Shown here one piece after another: positions 19,745 through 30,059 of a DNA stretch of 64,000 nt. A program made the position numbers and the translations under genes. Position 1 is the first letter of the stretch. Every line of letters starts with the position of its first letter. Origin of the DNA: Bacteroidota bacterium. Lineage in GTDB: Bacteria > Bacteroidota > Bacteroidia > Sphingobacteriales > Sphingobacteriaceae. The DNA is taken from positions 5,246-69,245 of the forward strand of contig JAFDZL010000468.1 of NCBI GenBank assembly GCA_018266935.1, given 5' to 3'. Under the pieces are notes generated by a model that saw only the letters and a list, made by a program, of their open reading frames with translations, did no database searches and had not been told where the DNA came from.

Positions 19745-20233
19745 ATGGACATCAAACAGATTCAGGACCTCATACGATTTGTTTCCAAATCGGGGGTAAA
19801 TGAAGTGTCGATTGAACAGAAAGATTTCAAGATCACCATAAAAACAAGTCAGCCGCCGACGTACGTTACGGCAACGATACCGGTTGAGGCTGCTCCCGTA
19901 GCAGTTGCCCCGGCGCCCGTGGCCGCAGCTCCTTCGGCTCCGGCTGTGCCTGCCGCACAACCTGCTGCTGCAGCCGCTGCCGACACATCGAAATATATCA
20001 CGGTCAAATCGCCGATGATAGGCACCTTCTACCGTTCGTCCTCGCCCGATAAACCAATGTTTGTGAATGTCGGTGATGAAGTGGCCGAGGGCCAGGTGAT
20101 CTGCATCATAGAGGCGATGAAGCTGTTCAACGAGATCGAATCGGAAGTTTCAGGCCGTATCGTCAAGATACTGGTGGATAACGCTTCGCCGGTTGAATAC
20201 GACCAGCCGCTGTTTTTGGTTGAACCCATATAA
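19745..20233 (+). CDS. accB: Acetyl-CoA carboxylase biotin carboxyl carrier protein
   Basis: Ala/Pro-rich linker and the biotinylation motif [10 protein letters not shown]. Confidence 0.95.
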   Translation: MDIKQIQDLIRFVSKSGVNEVSIEQKDFKITIKTSQPPTYVTATIPVEAAPVAVAPAPVAAAPSAPAVPAAQPAAAAAADTSKYITVKSPMIGTFYRSSSPDKPMFVNVGDEVAEGQVICIIEAMKLFNEIESEVSGRIVKILVDNASPVEYDQPLFLVEPI

Positions 20234-20336
20234 TTTGATAATTAGCCAATTTGAAGATTTGAAAATGAATCTTCAGGGCTCTACGCAGTTTGAAATATCT
20301 TCAAATCGGCACATTTTCAAATTTTCAAATTAATAA
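20233..20336. repeat. Word-type imperfect palindrome (TTTGAAGATTTGAAAATG / CATTTTCAAAT...)
   Basis: tttgaagatttgaaaatgaatcttca ... atcttcaaatcggcacattttcaaattttcaaa lies between accB and accC. Confidence 0.6.
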
Positions 20337-20337
20337 C

Positions 20338-21678
20338 ATGTTCAAAAAAATACTCATAGCTAACCGTGGCGAGATCGCCCTTCGCGTGATACGTACCTGC
20401 AAGGAAATGGGCATCAAAACCGTAGCTGTATATTCCACTGTTGACAGGGACAGCCTGCACGTGCGTTTCGCTGATGAGGCGGTTTGCATAGGCCCTCCGG
20501 CAAGCAGAGATTCATATCTGAATATCCCCAATATCATTTCGGCTGCCGAACTGACCAACGCCGATGCGATCCATCCCGGTTATGGCTTCCTATCTGAAAA
20601 TGCGAAGTTTTCGGCTATTTGTGCTGACTACGGCATCAAATTCATCGGAGCGACTGCCGACCAGATCAACGCCATGGGCGACAAGGCTTCGGCCAAAGCG
20701 ACGATGAAAAAGGCCGGCGTACCGACCATACCCGGTTCTGAAGGCTTGCTGAACGACGTAAAGGAAGGCATCGCATTAGCCAATAAGATCGGCTACCCGG
20801 TGATATTAAAGGCTACTGCCGGCGGTGGCGGTCGCGGTATGCGCCAGGTTTGGAAGGATTCGGAGTTTGAGCCGGCATGGGATTCGGCGAGGGCCGAATC
20901 AGCCGCTGCCTTTGGCAACGACGGATTGTACCTTGAAAAATATGTTGTTGACCCGCGTCACATCGAAATACAGGTCGTAGGTGACCAGTTTGGTAAGGTC
21001 TGCCACCTGTCGGAACGCGATTGCTCTATCCAGCGCCGTCACCAGAAATTGGTGGAGGAGTCTCCGTCACCGTTCATGACCGAGAAACTGCGTAAAAAAA
21101 TGGGCGAGGCGGCCATCAAGGGCGCCAAAGCGGTGAAATATGAAGGCGCGGGAACCATAGAGTTTTTGGTTGACAAAGACCGCAATTTCTATTTCATGGA
21201 GATGAACACCCGTATCCAGGTAGAGCACCCGGTTACCGAGGAGGTGATCAACTTCGACCTGATCAAGGAACAGATCAAGGTGGCTGCGGGCATCCCGATC
21301 TCGGGTAAGAACTACGAACCGATGATGCATGCCATCGAGTGCCGTATCAACGCCGAAGACCCGTTCAATAATTTCCGCCCGGCGCCGGGTAAGATCACCA
21401 ATTTCCACTCACCGGGCGGCCATGGCGTTCGCGTGGATACACACGTGTATGCAGGCTATGTGATCCCGCCGAACTACGATTCAATGATCGCCAAAGTGAT
21501 CTGTATGGCGCAAACCCGCGAAGAGGCACTGGCGACGATGGAGCGCGCGCTGAGCGAATTCGTTATTGAAGGTATAAAGACCACCATACCGTTCCATTTG
21601 AAGCTGCTGAAGGACCCCAACTTCCGCGCGGGTAATTTCACCACCAAATTCATGGAAACCTTTGAATATGCGGAATAA
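20338..21678 (+). CDS. accC: Acetyl-CoA carboxylase biotin carboxylase subunit
   Basis: [21 protein letters not shown] start and an ATP-grasp domain. The ORF-track start at 20290 lies inside the repeat. Confidence 0.95.
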   Translation: MFKKILIANRGEIALRVIRTCKEMGIKTVAVYSTVDRDSLHVRFADEAVCIGPPASRDSYLNIPNIISAAELTNADAIHPGYGFLSENAKFSAICADYGIKFIGATADQINAMGDKASAKATMKKAGVPTIPGSEGLLNDVKEGIALANKIGYPVILKATAGGGGRGMRQVWKDSEFEPAWDSARAESAAAFGNDGLYLEKYVVDPRHIEIQVVGDQFGKVCHLSERDCSIQRRHQKLVEESPSPFMTEKLRKKMGEAAIKGAKAVKYEGAGTIEFLVDKDRNFYFMEMNTRIQVEHPVTEEVINFDLIKEQIKVAAGIPISGKNYEPMMHAIECRINAEDPFNNFRPAPGKITNFHSPGGHGVRVDTHVYAGYVIPPNYDSMIAKVICMAQTREEALATMERALSEFVIEGIKTTIPFHLKLLKDPNFRAGNFTTKFMETFEYAE

Positions 21679-21749
21679 AGCTGCTGCATTACGAAATTAA
21701 ATCGTAAAATAGCGGGCTGAAAATTCAGCGGCATTGCGGGCGCAAGGAA

Positions 21750-22643
21750 ATGAGCAAACTAACGGACAAATTACTGGGCACAATTAAGAGTAAGGGCAAA
21801 GGTCTTGAAGGCGAAATGTCGTTCTTCGAGCACCTGGAGGCCCTGCGCTGGCATTTGATCCGCTCAGCCCTGGCCATCGTCGTTTTTGCCATTTTTGCCT
21901 TCACGTATTATACCGAGATATTCGACGGCATTGTGATGGCGCCCACGCACAAGGATTTCTTCACCTATCGAATGATGTGCAATTTCGGGCATTGGCTGCA
22001 CGGGCTGATCTCCGCAATAAGCGCTGACGGTTTTTGCGTAACGAAAGACATCAAAGTAAACTTGCTCAATACCGAAGTAGCAGGACAATTTACGCTGCAG
22101 ATCAATTCGGCCATTGTGATCGGCATTACGCTGGGTGTTCCTTATATCCTGTGGGAACTCTGGAAATTCGTTAAACCCGCCCTGCATAATAAGGAAAAGC
22201 GTTCGGCCAGCGGCTTTGTTTTTTATTCATCCATGCTCTTCCTGCTTGGTGTTTCATTCGGTTACTATGTGGTTACGCCGCTTGCGGTTAAATTCCTGGT
22301 AGGTTACACGGTAAGTACCAGCATTGTCAATATGTTCAGCATCGACTCTTATGTATCGATCGTCACCATGCTGACGCTGGCATCGGGCCTCGCCTTCCAG
22401 TTACCTATCGTAGTTTACATCCTGGCGCGCCTGGGCATCCTGACGCCGCAGTTCATGCGCCGTACGCGCCGGTATGCGATTGTCATCATTTTGATCCTCG
22501 CCGCTTTCATCACCCCCACCCCCGACGCGCTTACCATGTGTATCGTCGCGCTGCCGTTACTGCTTCTGTATGAGGTAAGTATATTCGTGGCGGCTGCCGT
22601 TCAGCGCCGTAAGATCAAGGCCGGTGATATAGTCGAGGTCTGA
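21750..22643 (+). CDS. tatC: Twin-arginine translocase subunit TatC
   Basis: MSFFEHLEALRWHLIRS and a polytopic membrane profile typical of TatC. Confidence 0.9.
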   Translation: MSKLTDKLLGTIKSKGKGLEGEMSFFEHLEALRWHLIRSALAIVVFAIFAFTYYTEIFDGIVMAPTHKDFFTYRMMCNFGHWLHGLISAISADGFCVTKDIKVNLLNTEVAGQFTLQINSAIVIGITLGVPYILWELWKFVKPALHNKEKRSASGFVFYSSMLFLLGVSFGYYVVTPLAVKFLVGYTVSTSIVNMFSIDSYVSIVTMLTLASGLAFQLPIVVYILARLGILTPQFMRRTRRYAIVIILILAAFITPTPDALTMCIVALPLLLLYEVSIFVAAAVQRRKIKAGDIVEV

Positions 22644-22707
22644 CCCTTAAAGTCTTTCTAACAAAATCTTTACCTTCGTTGCTTCACATTTATAATAGAT
22701 TTGAGCA

Positions 22708-23139
22708 ATGAATAAACTGCGTATTGCCATAGGCTCAGACCATGCCGGGTTTGAATACAAAGAAGCGCTAAGCAAATGGCTGAACGACGACCAATTGAAG
22801 GATTTTGGCACCTACTCCCCTGATCCTGCCGATTACCCCGATTTCGCGCACCCGGTCGCCTCGGCTGTAGAGCACGGCGATTTTGACTATGGTATCCTGG
22901 TTTGCGGCAGCGCCAATGGCGTGGCCATTACGGCGAATAAGCACCAGGGTATCCGCGCTGCTATCTGCTGGACCGAAGAACTGGCCAGCCTGGCGCGCAG
23001 GCACAACGACGCGAATATCGTATGCATACCGGCCAGGTTTATTTCAATCGAAGAAGCAAGAAAGATCGTTCAAATATTTCTAAATACTGAGTTTGAAGGC
23101 GGGCGGCACGCCAACAGGGTGAATAAGATCGCTTGTTGA
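22708..23139 (+). CDS. rpiB: Ribose-5-phosphate isomerase B
   Basis: IAIGSDHAGFEYK and GILVCGSANGVAITANK motifs. Confidence 0.9.
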   Translation: MNKLRIAIGSDHAGFEYKEALSKWLNDDQLKDFGTYSPDPADYPDFAHPVASAVEHGDFDYGILVCGSANGVAITANKHQGIRAAICWTEELASLARRHNDANIVCIPARFISIEEARKIVQIFLNTEFEGGRHANRVNKIAC

Positions 23140-23230
23140 GCCGAAAGCAGAAAGACCAAAGCAAAAAGCGATAACTAATTAACCAATTACCGGTTAACTG
23201 ATAACCAATTAACTGACTGAACAACCATAA

Positions 23231-24778
23231 ATGAAAAAAAATTACTTACTCATTGCCGCGCTTGCTATAGGGACATGTGCCAGCGCGCAGAAAAACGCCG
23301 ACCCCACTAAATACGGCAAGCTGATCACAGCTAAAGATGCCAAAAGACATTTGAGCATTTTAGCGTCTGATGATTTTGAAGGTCGGGAAACCGGCAAACC
23401 AGGCGCCGAAAAAGCGGCTAATTATATCGCCGGAGAATTTAAAAAACTCGGACTGCAGGCGCCGGTGAACGGTTCATACTTCCTGGATATTCCGCTTGTA
23501 GAGAACTCAACTAAGATCACCGCAAGCGCGAACGGTCAGGAACTGGTCAACGGCCAGGATTTCTTCGCCAACCGCGGCGCTATCGCCGACAGGAATGTCA
23601 ATGCCGGCGAAGTGGTATTCATTGGCTATGGAACGGATGCCGAGGTCGGCAGCACTGACCTGAACGGCAAAGTGCTTTTATGGATCAACGAGGATAAACC
23701 GGAAGCGGGCAAAACCGGCAACACCAACTACCGCATGTCGAACGTACGTATGGCGATAGTGAAAAACCTGCAAAGCAAAAATCCTGCGCTGATACTGGCC
23801 GTTAATGGGCAAGTCGCCGACCTGCTGAAAAGAATGGGTGGCTCGATCATGGCGGCGCGTTTGAGCATTAAGCCTGATGCATCGAAGCCGGCGCCTGCAA
23901 ATACACAGGCTGCGGTTTTGAATATCACGCCCGCTACAGCCGACCAACTAGTTAAATCAAGCGGCAAAACTTACGACGACCTGCGTAAAGGTTCTATTGA
24001 AACTATCAAGGCAGATGTTAAAGCCGGTGTTCAGACCGAACAAAAAGATGTAAAAGCAGTGGATGTGCTTGGCTACATGCCGGGTACCGACCTGAAGGAC
24101 GAAGTGCTGGTTTTCTCGGCGCATTATGATCACCTCGGTTTGAACCCGAAAGGGCCGGATAAGGTTTTCAATGGCGCCGACGATGACGGATCGGGTACGA
24201 CAGGCGTCCTTGAAATTGCCAGGGCGTTTTCAAAGGCTAAAAAGCACGGGCACGGGCCGCGCAGGAGCATCCTGTTCTTAGGCAACGTGGGAGAAGAAAA
24301 GGGCTTACTGGGGTCGGAATATTATACTGATCACCCGGTATTTCCGCTGGCCAATACCATTACCGACCTGAATATCGACATGATAGGCCGCGTAGGATTC
24401 GACTATATCGGCAAACCCGACTCCGGCAACTACGTTTACACTATCGGTTCGGCCATGCTCAGCAAAGAGTTGCACCAGATCAACGAGGATGCTGATAATA
24501 AATACGTCCACATTGAACAGGATTATAAATACGATGATCTAAAGGATCCGAACAGGTTCTACTACCGTTCCGACCATTATAACTTCGCCAAGCACGGCGT
24601 GCCGATCATCTTCTATTTTAACGGCGTGCACGCGGACTATCACCAGGTAAGCGACGAAGTGAGCAAGATCAACTTCCCGCTGCTGGCTAAGCGTGCGCAA
24701 CTGGTATTCTACACTGGTTGGGAATTGGCTAACCGTGATAAACGTCCGGTAGTGGATGGGCAGACTACTGGTAAATAA
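23231..24778 (+). CDS. M28-family aminopeptidase with PA domain
   Basis: Signal peptide, and AHYDHLG...GADDDGSGT...GEEKGLLGS metal-ligand motifs. Confidence 0.85.
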   Translation: MKKNYLLIAALAIGTCASAQKNADPTKYGKLITAKDAKRHLSILASDDFEGRETGKPGAEKAANYIAGEFKKLGLQAPVNGSYFLDIPLVENSTKITASANGQELVNGQDFFANRGAIADRNVNAGEVVFIGYGTDAEVGSTDLNGKVLLWINEDKPEAGKTGNTNYRMSNVRMAIVKNLQSKNPALILAVNGQVADLLKRMGGSIMAARLSIKPDASKPAPANTQAAVLNITPATADQLVKSSGKTYDDLRKGSIETIKADVKAGVQTEQKDVKAVDVLGYMPGTDLKDEVLVFSAHYDHLGLNPKGPDKVFNGADDDGSGTTGVLEIARAFSKAKKHGHGPRRSILFLGNVGEEKGLLGSEYYTDHPVFPLANTITDLNIDMIGRVGFDYIGKPDSGNYVYTIGSAMLSKELHQINEDADNKYVHIEQDYKYDDLKDPNRFYYRSDHYNFAKHGVPIIFYFNGVHADYHQVSDEVSKINFPLLAKRAQLVFYTGWELANRDKRPVVDGQTTGK

Positions 24779-24870
24779 TTGGTTGATTGAGTTAGATTAA
24801 GTTGACTGGTTGATTAAGTTACGCTTACAACCTCTTAACTCAATCAACTTAATCTAACTTATTCAACTCA
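24779..24870. repeat. GATTGAGTT/GATTAAGTT word palindrome (same family as 12784 and 37060)
   Basis: ttgattgagttagattaagttga (24783-24805) is identical to 37060-37082. The right arm is tcttaactcaatcaacttaatctaacttattcaactcaa. Confidence 0.8.
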
Positions 24871-24897
24871 AAAGGCTTACTAATTAGTAAGCCTTTT
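24871..24897 (+). terminator. Rho-independent terminator after the M28 peptidase gene
   Basis: Perfect 12-bp stem aaaggcttacta/tagtaagccttt with a 2-nt loop, then tgctattttt. Confidence 0.65.
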
Positions 24898-24912
24898 GCT
24901 ATTTTTACCGCC

Positions 24913-26298
24913 ATGGGACATCACGCGGAAGAATTCCTGGTTGACTCTGAAGCCAAGGCGTTTGACAAGGATCACCGGCGCATTATCAATTTCAATATGG
25001 GCCGGTACGACGCCGCCGTGGAGCGGGGACTGTCGCGGCTGATCAACCTGGATAATGCCAAGAAAAAGGGGCACGTGATCAAATGGCGGGTGATGGAGAA
25101 TTTAGACAAGTTCCTGCCCGAATTTGAAGCGAATTTCCAGAAGCGCGGCGGCAAAGTGATCTGGGCCAATGACGCCGAAGAGGCCAACCGCGAGATCCTG
25201 AACATCATCCAAAAAGCCGGGGCGAAAACCGTCGTTAAATCCAAATCGATGGTGACGGAGGAGATCCAGTTGAATGAGTTCCTCGAAGAACATCATATCG
25301 AGTCGCTGGAAACCGACCTGGGCGAATACATCGTTCAGTTGCTGGGGCAGCGGCCCTATCATATCGTTACCCCGGCGATGCACCTTTCCAAAGAAGACAT
25401 CGCTAAACTCTTCAACGAAAAATTCGGTACGCCGATAGATTCTACCCCCGAACAACTCACCGCGAAGGCCCGCGAATTGCTGCGCGAAAAATATGTTCAG
25501 GCCGACGTGGGCATTACGGGCGCCAATTTTATCATAGCCGATACAGGGAGCATCGCGGTCAGCGAAAATGAAGGCAATGCAAGATTGAGCGTTAGTTTCC
25601 CCAAAATACATATCGCTGTAGTGGGTATCGAAAAAATGATCCCGTCGATGGCCGATCTCGACCTATTCTGGCCGATGCTGGCCACACACGGAACAGGACA
25701 GAATATTACCGTATATAACACCATCCTGAGCGGGCCGCGCCAGGCCAATGAAACCGACGGCCCTGAGGAAATGTATGTCGTGCTGCTGGACAATGGCCGC
25801 ACAAATTTATTGGCTCAAAAGGAACAACGCCAGGGTTTGTACTGCATCCGCTGCGGCGCCTGCCTCAATGCGTGCCCTGTTTATAAGAACATTGGCGGGC
25901 ATACCTACGAAACTACCTATAGCGGACCTATCGGCTCCATTATCACCCCGCACATGCAGGGTATGGAGGAATTTAAGCACCTAAGCTATGCATCAAGCCT
26001 GTGCGGTAAATGCACCGAGGTTTGCCCGGTGAAGATCGACATCCACAAAATGCTGCTGCTGAACCGCCGCGACGCCGTAAAAAGTCAAATGTATTCTAAA
26101 AAAGAAGAATGGGGCTGGGTGCTTTGGAAGAAAGGCATGCTCGCCCGTAAATGGATGGACTTTTTAAGCGGCAAAAAGAAGAATTTCTTCATGCGCCTTT
26201 TCTTCAAAAAAACCTGGGGTCACCTGCGCGAAATGCCAAAGGTGGCCGAGAAATCTTTTGCCGAATCCTGGAAGGAACGGAATCAATCTGCGTTGTAG
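24913..26298 (+). CDS. LutB-like iron-sulfur protein (LUD domain plus 2x 4Fe-4S)
   Basis: CIRCGACLNACPVY and CGKCTEVCPVKI ferredoxin motifs after a LUD-type domain. No lutA or lutC gene lies adjacent. Confidence 0.75.
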   Translation: MGHHAEEFLVDSEAKAFDKDHRRIINFNMGRYDAAVERGLSRLINLDNAKKKGHVIKWRVMENLDKFLPEFEANFQKRGGKVIWANDAEEANREILNIIQKAGAKTVVKSKSMVTEEIQLNEFLEEHHIESLETDLGEYIVQLLGQRPYHIVTPAMHLSKEDIAKLFNEKFGTPIDSTPEQLTAKARELLREKYVQADVGITGANFIIADTGSIAVSENEGNARLSVSFPKIHIAVVGIEKMIPSMADLDLFWPMLATHGTGQNITVYNTILSGPRQANETDGPEEMYVVLLDNGRTNLLAQKEQRQGLYCIRCGACLNACPVYKNIGGHTYETTYSGPIGSIITPHMQGMEEFKHLSYASSLCGKCTEVCPVKIDIHKMLLLNRRDAVKSQMYSKKEEWGWVLWKKGMLARKWMDFLSGKKKNFFMRLFFKKTWGHLREMPKVAEKSFAESWKERNQSAL

Positions 26299-26321
26299 AG
26301 ACGCAGATTTTGCGTCTCTAC
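26295..26321. terminator. Bidirectional hairpin between convergent genes
   Basis: 11-bp stem gtagagacgca/tgcgtctctac with loop gattt. It overlaps the lutB-like stop codon. Confidence 0.6.
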
Positions 26322-26324
26322 GAA

Positions 26325-27188
26325 TTAATGCTTACCCGCCGGCGGATTGCCAATTCCAAAAGATCTGTAGCTATTCGGAACCTCAGTGGTGTTATTGAAA
26401 GCGAATGTATAAGTCGCCAGCCATGCGTCATAATCTGCACTCTTGTCCTTTGAAGCTTCCATGTGCATGCTGCGCAGCATGTAAGTGCCTTCGCGCGTGA
26501 GCTTGAAATAAACCTGGCCCTGCTTGTCGGCGTTCATTTTTTGAACGAACACATTCCCGTCAGCCGTTTTGATATAGAAAAGCACAACGGCGTTTACGAC
26601 AGGCACCCCCTTAAACATTACCGAAGCAATAATATCGTCGCCATAACCGCCTTTATAAGGATTATCTTTCACGGTGATCTCAAAATCCTGGCCGGTTGGT
26701 TTCTCAAAATCGTTGGCGTTAGTTTTGCCGTCCACCATGAGCAGCGATTTCATGTACCACGTATAACGCTCGCGGAAATTGTCCTTACTGCCGTTCTTCA
26801 CTTTCTCTGACAGATCATTCAGGCCTTCGTCGTCCAGTATTTTGGTGAAATCATCCCGCTCGATATCGTCATTTACCGTCTTCATGGTCATGACCAGCAG
26901 GTTCAGTCCTTCCTTGTCAAAGGTAATACTTGCAGTGGTGTCCGTTGCTTTAAGCGTTGACACCAGGCTCCAGGATTTTTTGCCGATATCGACGCTGAAT
27001 TTTTGAAATTTGTTGGGATCCAGGCTCACCTCATCCTGTTTGATGAACTGGCTGACGTTGATCAGGTGCACCTTCACGGCATCGCCTTTTTTGGGATAAA
27101 AACTCTCGGGAATTAAAATATTATCCTGTGCGCTCGCACCAAAAGCCGTCAGCAGAAAACAGGAAATGAAGAAACAGATATACTTCAT
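26325..27188 (-). CDS. Hypothetical secreted protein
   Basis: The start at MKYICFFISCFLLTAFGASAQ (27188) gives a signal peptide. No family assigned with confidence. Confidence 0.6.
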   Translation of the reverse strand: MKYICFFISCFLLTAFGASAQDNILIPESFYPKKGDAVKVHLINVSQFIKQDEVSLDPNKFQKFSVDIGKKSWSLVSTLKATDTTASITFDKEGLNLLVMTMKTVNDDIERDDFTKILDDEGLNDLSEKVKNGSKDNFRERYTWYMKSLLMVDGKTNANDFEKPTGQDFEITVKDNPYKGGYGDDIIASVMFKGVPVVNAVVLFYIKTADGNVFVQKMNADKQGQVYFKLTREGTYMLRSMHMEASKDKSADYDAWLATYTFAFNNTTEVPNSYRSFGIGNPPAGKH

Positions 27189-27248
27189 AGAGACGAAGAT
27201 TGAATTACCAAACATACAAAGTTTTAAAAACTTCAGTAGTTTCGTTGC

Positions 27249-29231
27249 ATGATTTTCGAACGTAAAAACGCAGATAATGACAAATTAGTCTCGTTTTATA
27301 AAGCTTTACTCTGGCCAAGGATGATCGAGGAGAAAATGCTGATCCTGCTGCGGCAGGGGCGTATCGGCAAATGGTTCTCGGGCATCGGGCAGGAAGCAAT
27401 AGCCGTTGGCAGCACCCTGGCGATGCAGCCTTATGAATATATCCTGCCTATGCACCGCAACCTGGGGGTATTCACTACGCGGGACATCCCACTTTCAAAG
27501 CTCATGGCGCAATGGCAGGGAAAGGCGTCGGGTTTTACCAAAGGGCGCGACCGTTCGTTCCATTTCGGTACGCAGCAATACAAGATCATCGGCATGATAT
27601 CGCACCTGGGACCGCAAATGGCGTTGGCGGATGGCATCGCTCTGGCGGATGTTCTGAGTCAAAAAAAAAGGGCGACGTTGGTTTTTACCGGCGAAGGCGG
27701 CACCAGCGAGGGTGACTTTCACGAGGCGCTGAATGTGGCCTCGGTTTGGAATTTGCCGGTGATCTTTCTGATCGAAAATAACGGTTACGGACTTTCGACC
27801 CCGGTCAATGAACAATATAAATGCGAAAAGCTGAGCGACCGTGCCATAGGGTACGGCATTGAAGGCCGAACTATCGATGGCAACAATGTCCTGGAAGTTT
27901 ATCATACCATGAGCGAACTAGCGGCAGATATCCGCCAAAATCCCAGGCCTGTTTTGCTGGAATGCATGACCTTTCGAATGCGGGGACACGAAGAAGCATC
28001 CGGGACCAAGTATGTGCCGCAAGAGCTCTTCGACGAATGGAAGCAGAAGGATCCTATCGCCAACTTCGAACAGTTTCTATTGAGTGAAGGGGCTATCACG
28101 CAGGAAAAAATCGACGTGATCAAAAAGGGCTACACCACGCTGATAGACGTAGAGATCGAAAAAGTATTCAATGAGCCGGACATTGTACCGGACGAGGCCA
28201 TAGAGTTGGCCGACATGTATAAACCTTGCAACAATCCAACCCCCGATAGCTATCGGGGACAACAATCCAACGCTAAATCATCCAAACGCTACATCGACGC
28301 CATCAGCGACGGCCTGCGCCAGGGCATGCAAAAACATGAAAATCTTGTGCTTATGGGCCAGGACATCGCCGAATATGGCGGCGCGTTCAAGATCACGCAA
28401 GGCTTCGTGGAAGAATTCGGCCGCGCGCGGGTGCGCAATACGCCGATATGCGAGTCGGGGATCGTAGGCGCGGCGATGGGACTTTCGATCAATGGGTATA
28501 AATCGGTTGTCGAAATGCAATTTGCCGATTTTGTCACCTGCGCCTTTAACCAGGTGATCAATAACCTGGCAAAAACGCATTACCGTTGGAGCGAAGGTGT
28601 AGATGTGGTAGTGCGCATGCCTACCGGCGCGGGCACCGGCGCCGGACCCTTCCATTCGCAAAGCAACGAGGCCTGGTTCACCAAAACGCCGGGTTTAAAA
28701 GTGGTTTACCCAGCTTTCCCTTCGGATGCGAAGGGTCTGCTGCTGGCCGCTATTGAAGATCCGAACCCCGTAATGTACTTTGAACATAAATACCTGTACC
28801 GCAGCATCAGCGAAGATATTTCGGATGATGTTTATACCGTCGAAATAGGAAAGGCCCGGGTTGTGCAAACAGGCGCAAAAGCCAGTATCATCACTTACGG
28901 TCTTGGCGTACACTGGGCGCTGGAATACGCCAAAGGGCAAGACATCGAGATCATCGATCTGCGAAGCCTGCAGCCATGGGATAAGGAAACCGTAGAAGCA
29001 TCGGTAAAAAAGACCGGCAAGGCGTTGATCCTGCATGAAGACACGCTGACCAATGGCTTTGGCGGCGAGATAGCCGCCCACCTGGCCGAAAACTGTTTTC
29101 AATGCTTAGATGCACCGGTGATGCGCTGCGCCAGTTTGGATACAGCGATACCGATGAACAAAGCCCTGGAAGATCAATTTTTGGCGAAGGCGAGGCTGGC
29201 GGAGGCAATGGAGAAATTGTTGAAATATTAG
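27249..29231 (+). CDS. Fused alpha/beta E1 component of a 2-oxoacid (branched-chain/pyruvate-type) dehydrogenase
   Basis: The N-terminal half has the TPP motif GEGGTSEGDFHEALNVASVWNLPVIFLIENNGYG. The C-terminal half is E1-beta-like (NTPICESGIVGAAMG). Confidence 0.85.
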   Translation: MIFERKNADNDKLVSFYKALLWPRMIEEKMLILLRQGRIGKWFSGIGQEAIAVGSTLAMQPYEYILPMHRNLGVFTTRDIPLSKLMAQWQGKASGFTKGRDRSFHFGTQQYKIIGMISHLGPQMALADGIALADVLSQKKRATLVFTGEGGTSEGDFHEALNVASVWNLPVIFLIENNGYGLSTPVNEQYKCEKLSDRAIGYGIEGRTIDGNNVLEVYHTMSELAADIRQNPRPVLLECMTFRMRGHEEASGTKYVPQELFDEWKQKDPIANFEQFLLSEGAITQEKIDVIKKGYTTLIDVEIEKVFNEPDIVPDEAIELADMYKPCNNPTPDSYRGQQSNAKSSKRYIDAISDGLRQGMQKHENLVLMGQDIAEYGGAFKITQGFVEEFGRARVRNTPICESGIVGAAMGLSINGYKSVVEMQFADFVTCAFNQVINNLAKTHYRWSEGVDVVVRMPTGAGTGAGPFHSQSNEAWFTKTPGLKVVYPAFPSDAKGLLLAAIEDPNPVMYFEHKYLYRSISEDISDDVYTVEIGKARVVQTGAKASIITYGLGVHWALEYAKGQDIEIIDLRSLQPWDKETVEASVKKTGKALILHEDTLTNGFGGEIAAHLAENCFQCLDAPVMRCASLDTAIPMNKALEDQFLAKARLAEAMEKLLKY

Positions 29232-29246
29232 TCGTAACTTAGTTTT

Positions 29247-29495
29247 ATGATCACGCTTGAAGATATTTATAAGGAAGATCCAACGCAGCGCATTATTGAT
29301 GAAGGTGCGGGATGGGGGGCTGAACAAATGCTGAAAGCCGGCGTTCCGATATTTTACAGAAATGAAAAATATCCTGAAACTCTAAAGGGTGATCTGTTTG
29401 TAAAGGAATATCCAAACGGCGCTAAATTTCTCGTTCGCAAAGAACTTACCACCGATTATCGTTTATTGGAAGAAATAATCAAACCGCTAGACTAA
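29247..29495 (+). CDS. Putative antitoxin partner of the zeta-toxin-like ATPase
   Basis: 82 aa; its stop abuts the next ATG. Shares the P.FY+NE...LF+..YPNG pattern with the 35168 ORF. Confidence 0.5.
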   Translation: MITLEDIYKEDPTQRIIDEGAGWGAEQMLKAGVPIFYRNEKYPETLKGDLFVKEYPNGAKFLVRKELTTDYRLLEEIIKPLD

Positions 29496-30059
29496 ATGCC
29501 CACCTTAGTTGTCATTGGCGGCCCTAATGGTTCTGGAAAAACTACACTCACTTCATATTTGCTTCAAAAAGCGAGAATTAAATCCGCTGTTATAAATCCT
29601 GATGAGATCGCTTTTAAAGAGTTTGGCGATTACGGTTTGCATGTAAAAGCCGCAAGAGTTGCTTTAGATCGAAGGAAACAAGCTCTTGAAGCAGGCGAGG
29701 ACTTTGCTTTCGAAACGACGTTTTCGGGGAATTCAGAGATCAATGAGGTTATAGCAGCAAAATCCAGAGGCTATCGCACAGTATTATACTATGTGGCACT
29801 GGAGTCAGTACTTGATAATGTAACCAGGGTCGAGGAACGCCGGACCAATTTAGGGCACAATGTCGAAATGGAAGACATTGTCAGGAGATATGATAAAAGC
29901 AGGCTCAATCTTATAAAAAACATAGGATTATTCGATAAAGCGTACTTGTTCGATAACTCAGATGCCATGCGTTCCCGGGTAGCCATTTTTGAGAGCGGCA
30001 AGCTGCGGTGGTTAAATGAAAAAAACAGAAATCATCCGTTCTATAAAGGACTTCTCTAA
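29496..30059 (+). CDS. Zeta-toxin-like / AAA-type P-loop kinase
   Basis: Walker A GGPNGSGKTT and the FAFETTFS motif; 187 aa. Confidence 0.7.
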   Translation: MPTLVVIGGPNGSGKTTLTSYLLQKARIKSAVINPDEIAFKEFGDYGLHVKAARVALDRRKQALEAGEDFAFETTFSGNSEINEVIAAKSRGYRTVLYYVALESVLDNVTRVEERRTNLGHNVEMEDIVRRYDKSRLNLIKNIGLFDKAYLFDNSDAMRSRVAIFESGKLRWLNEKNRNHPFYKGLL

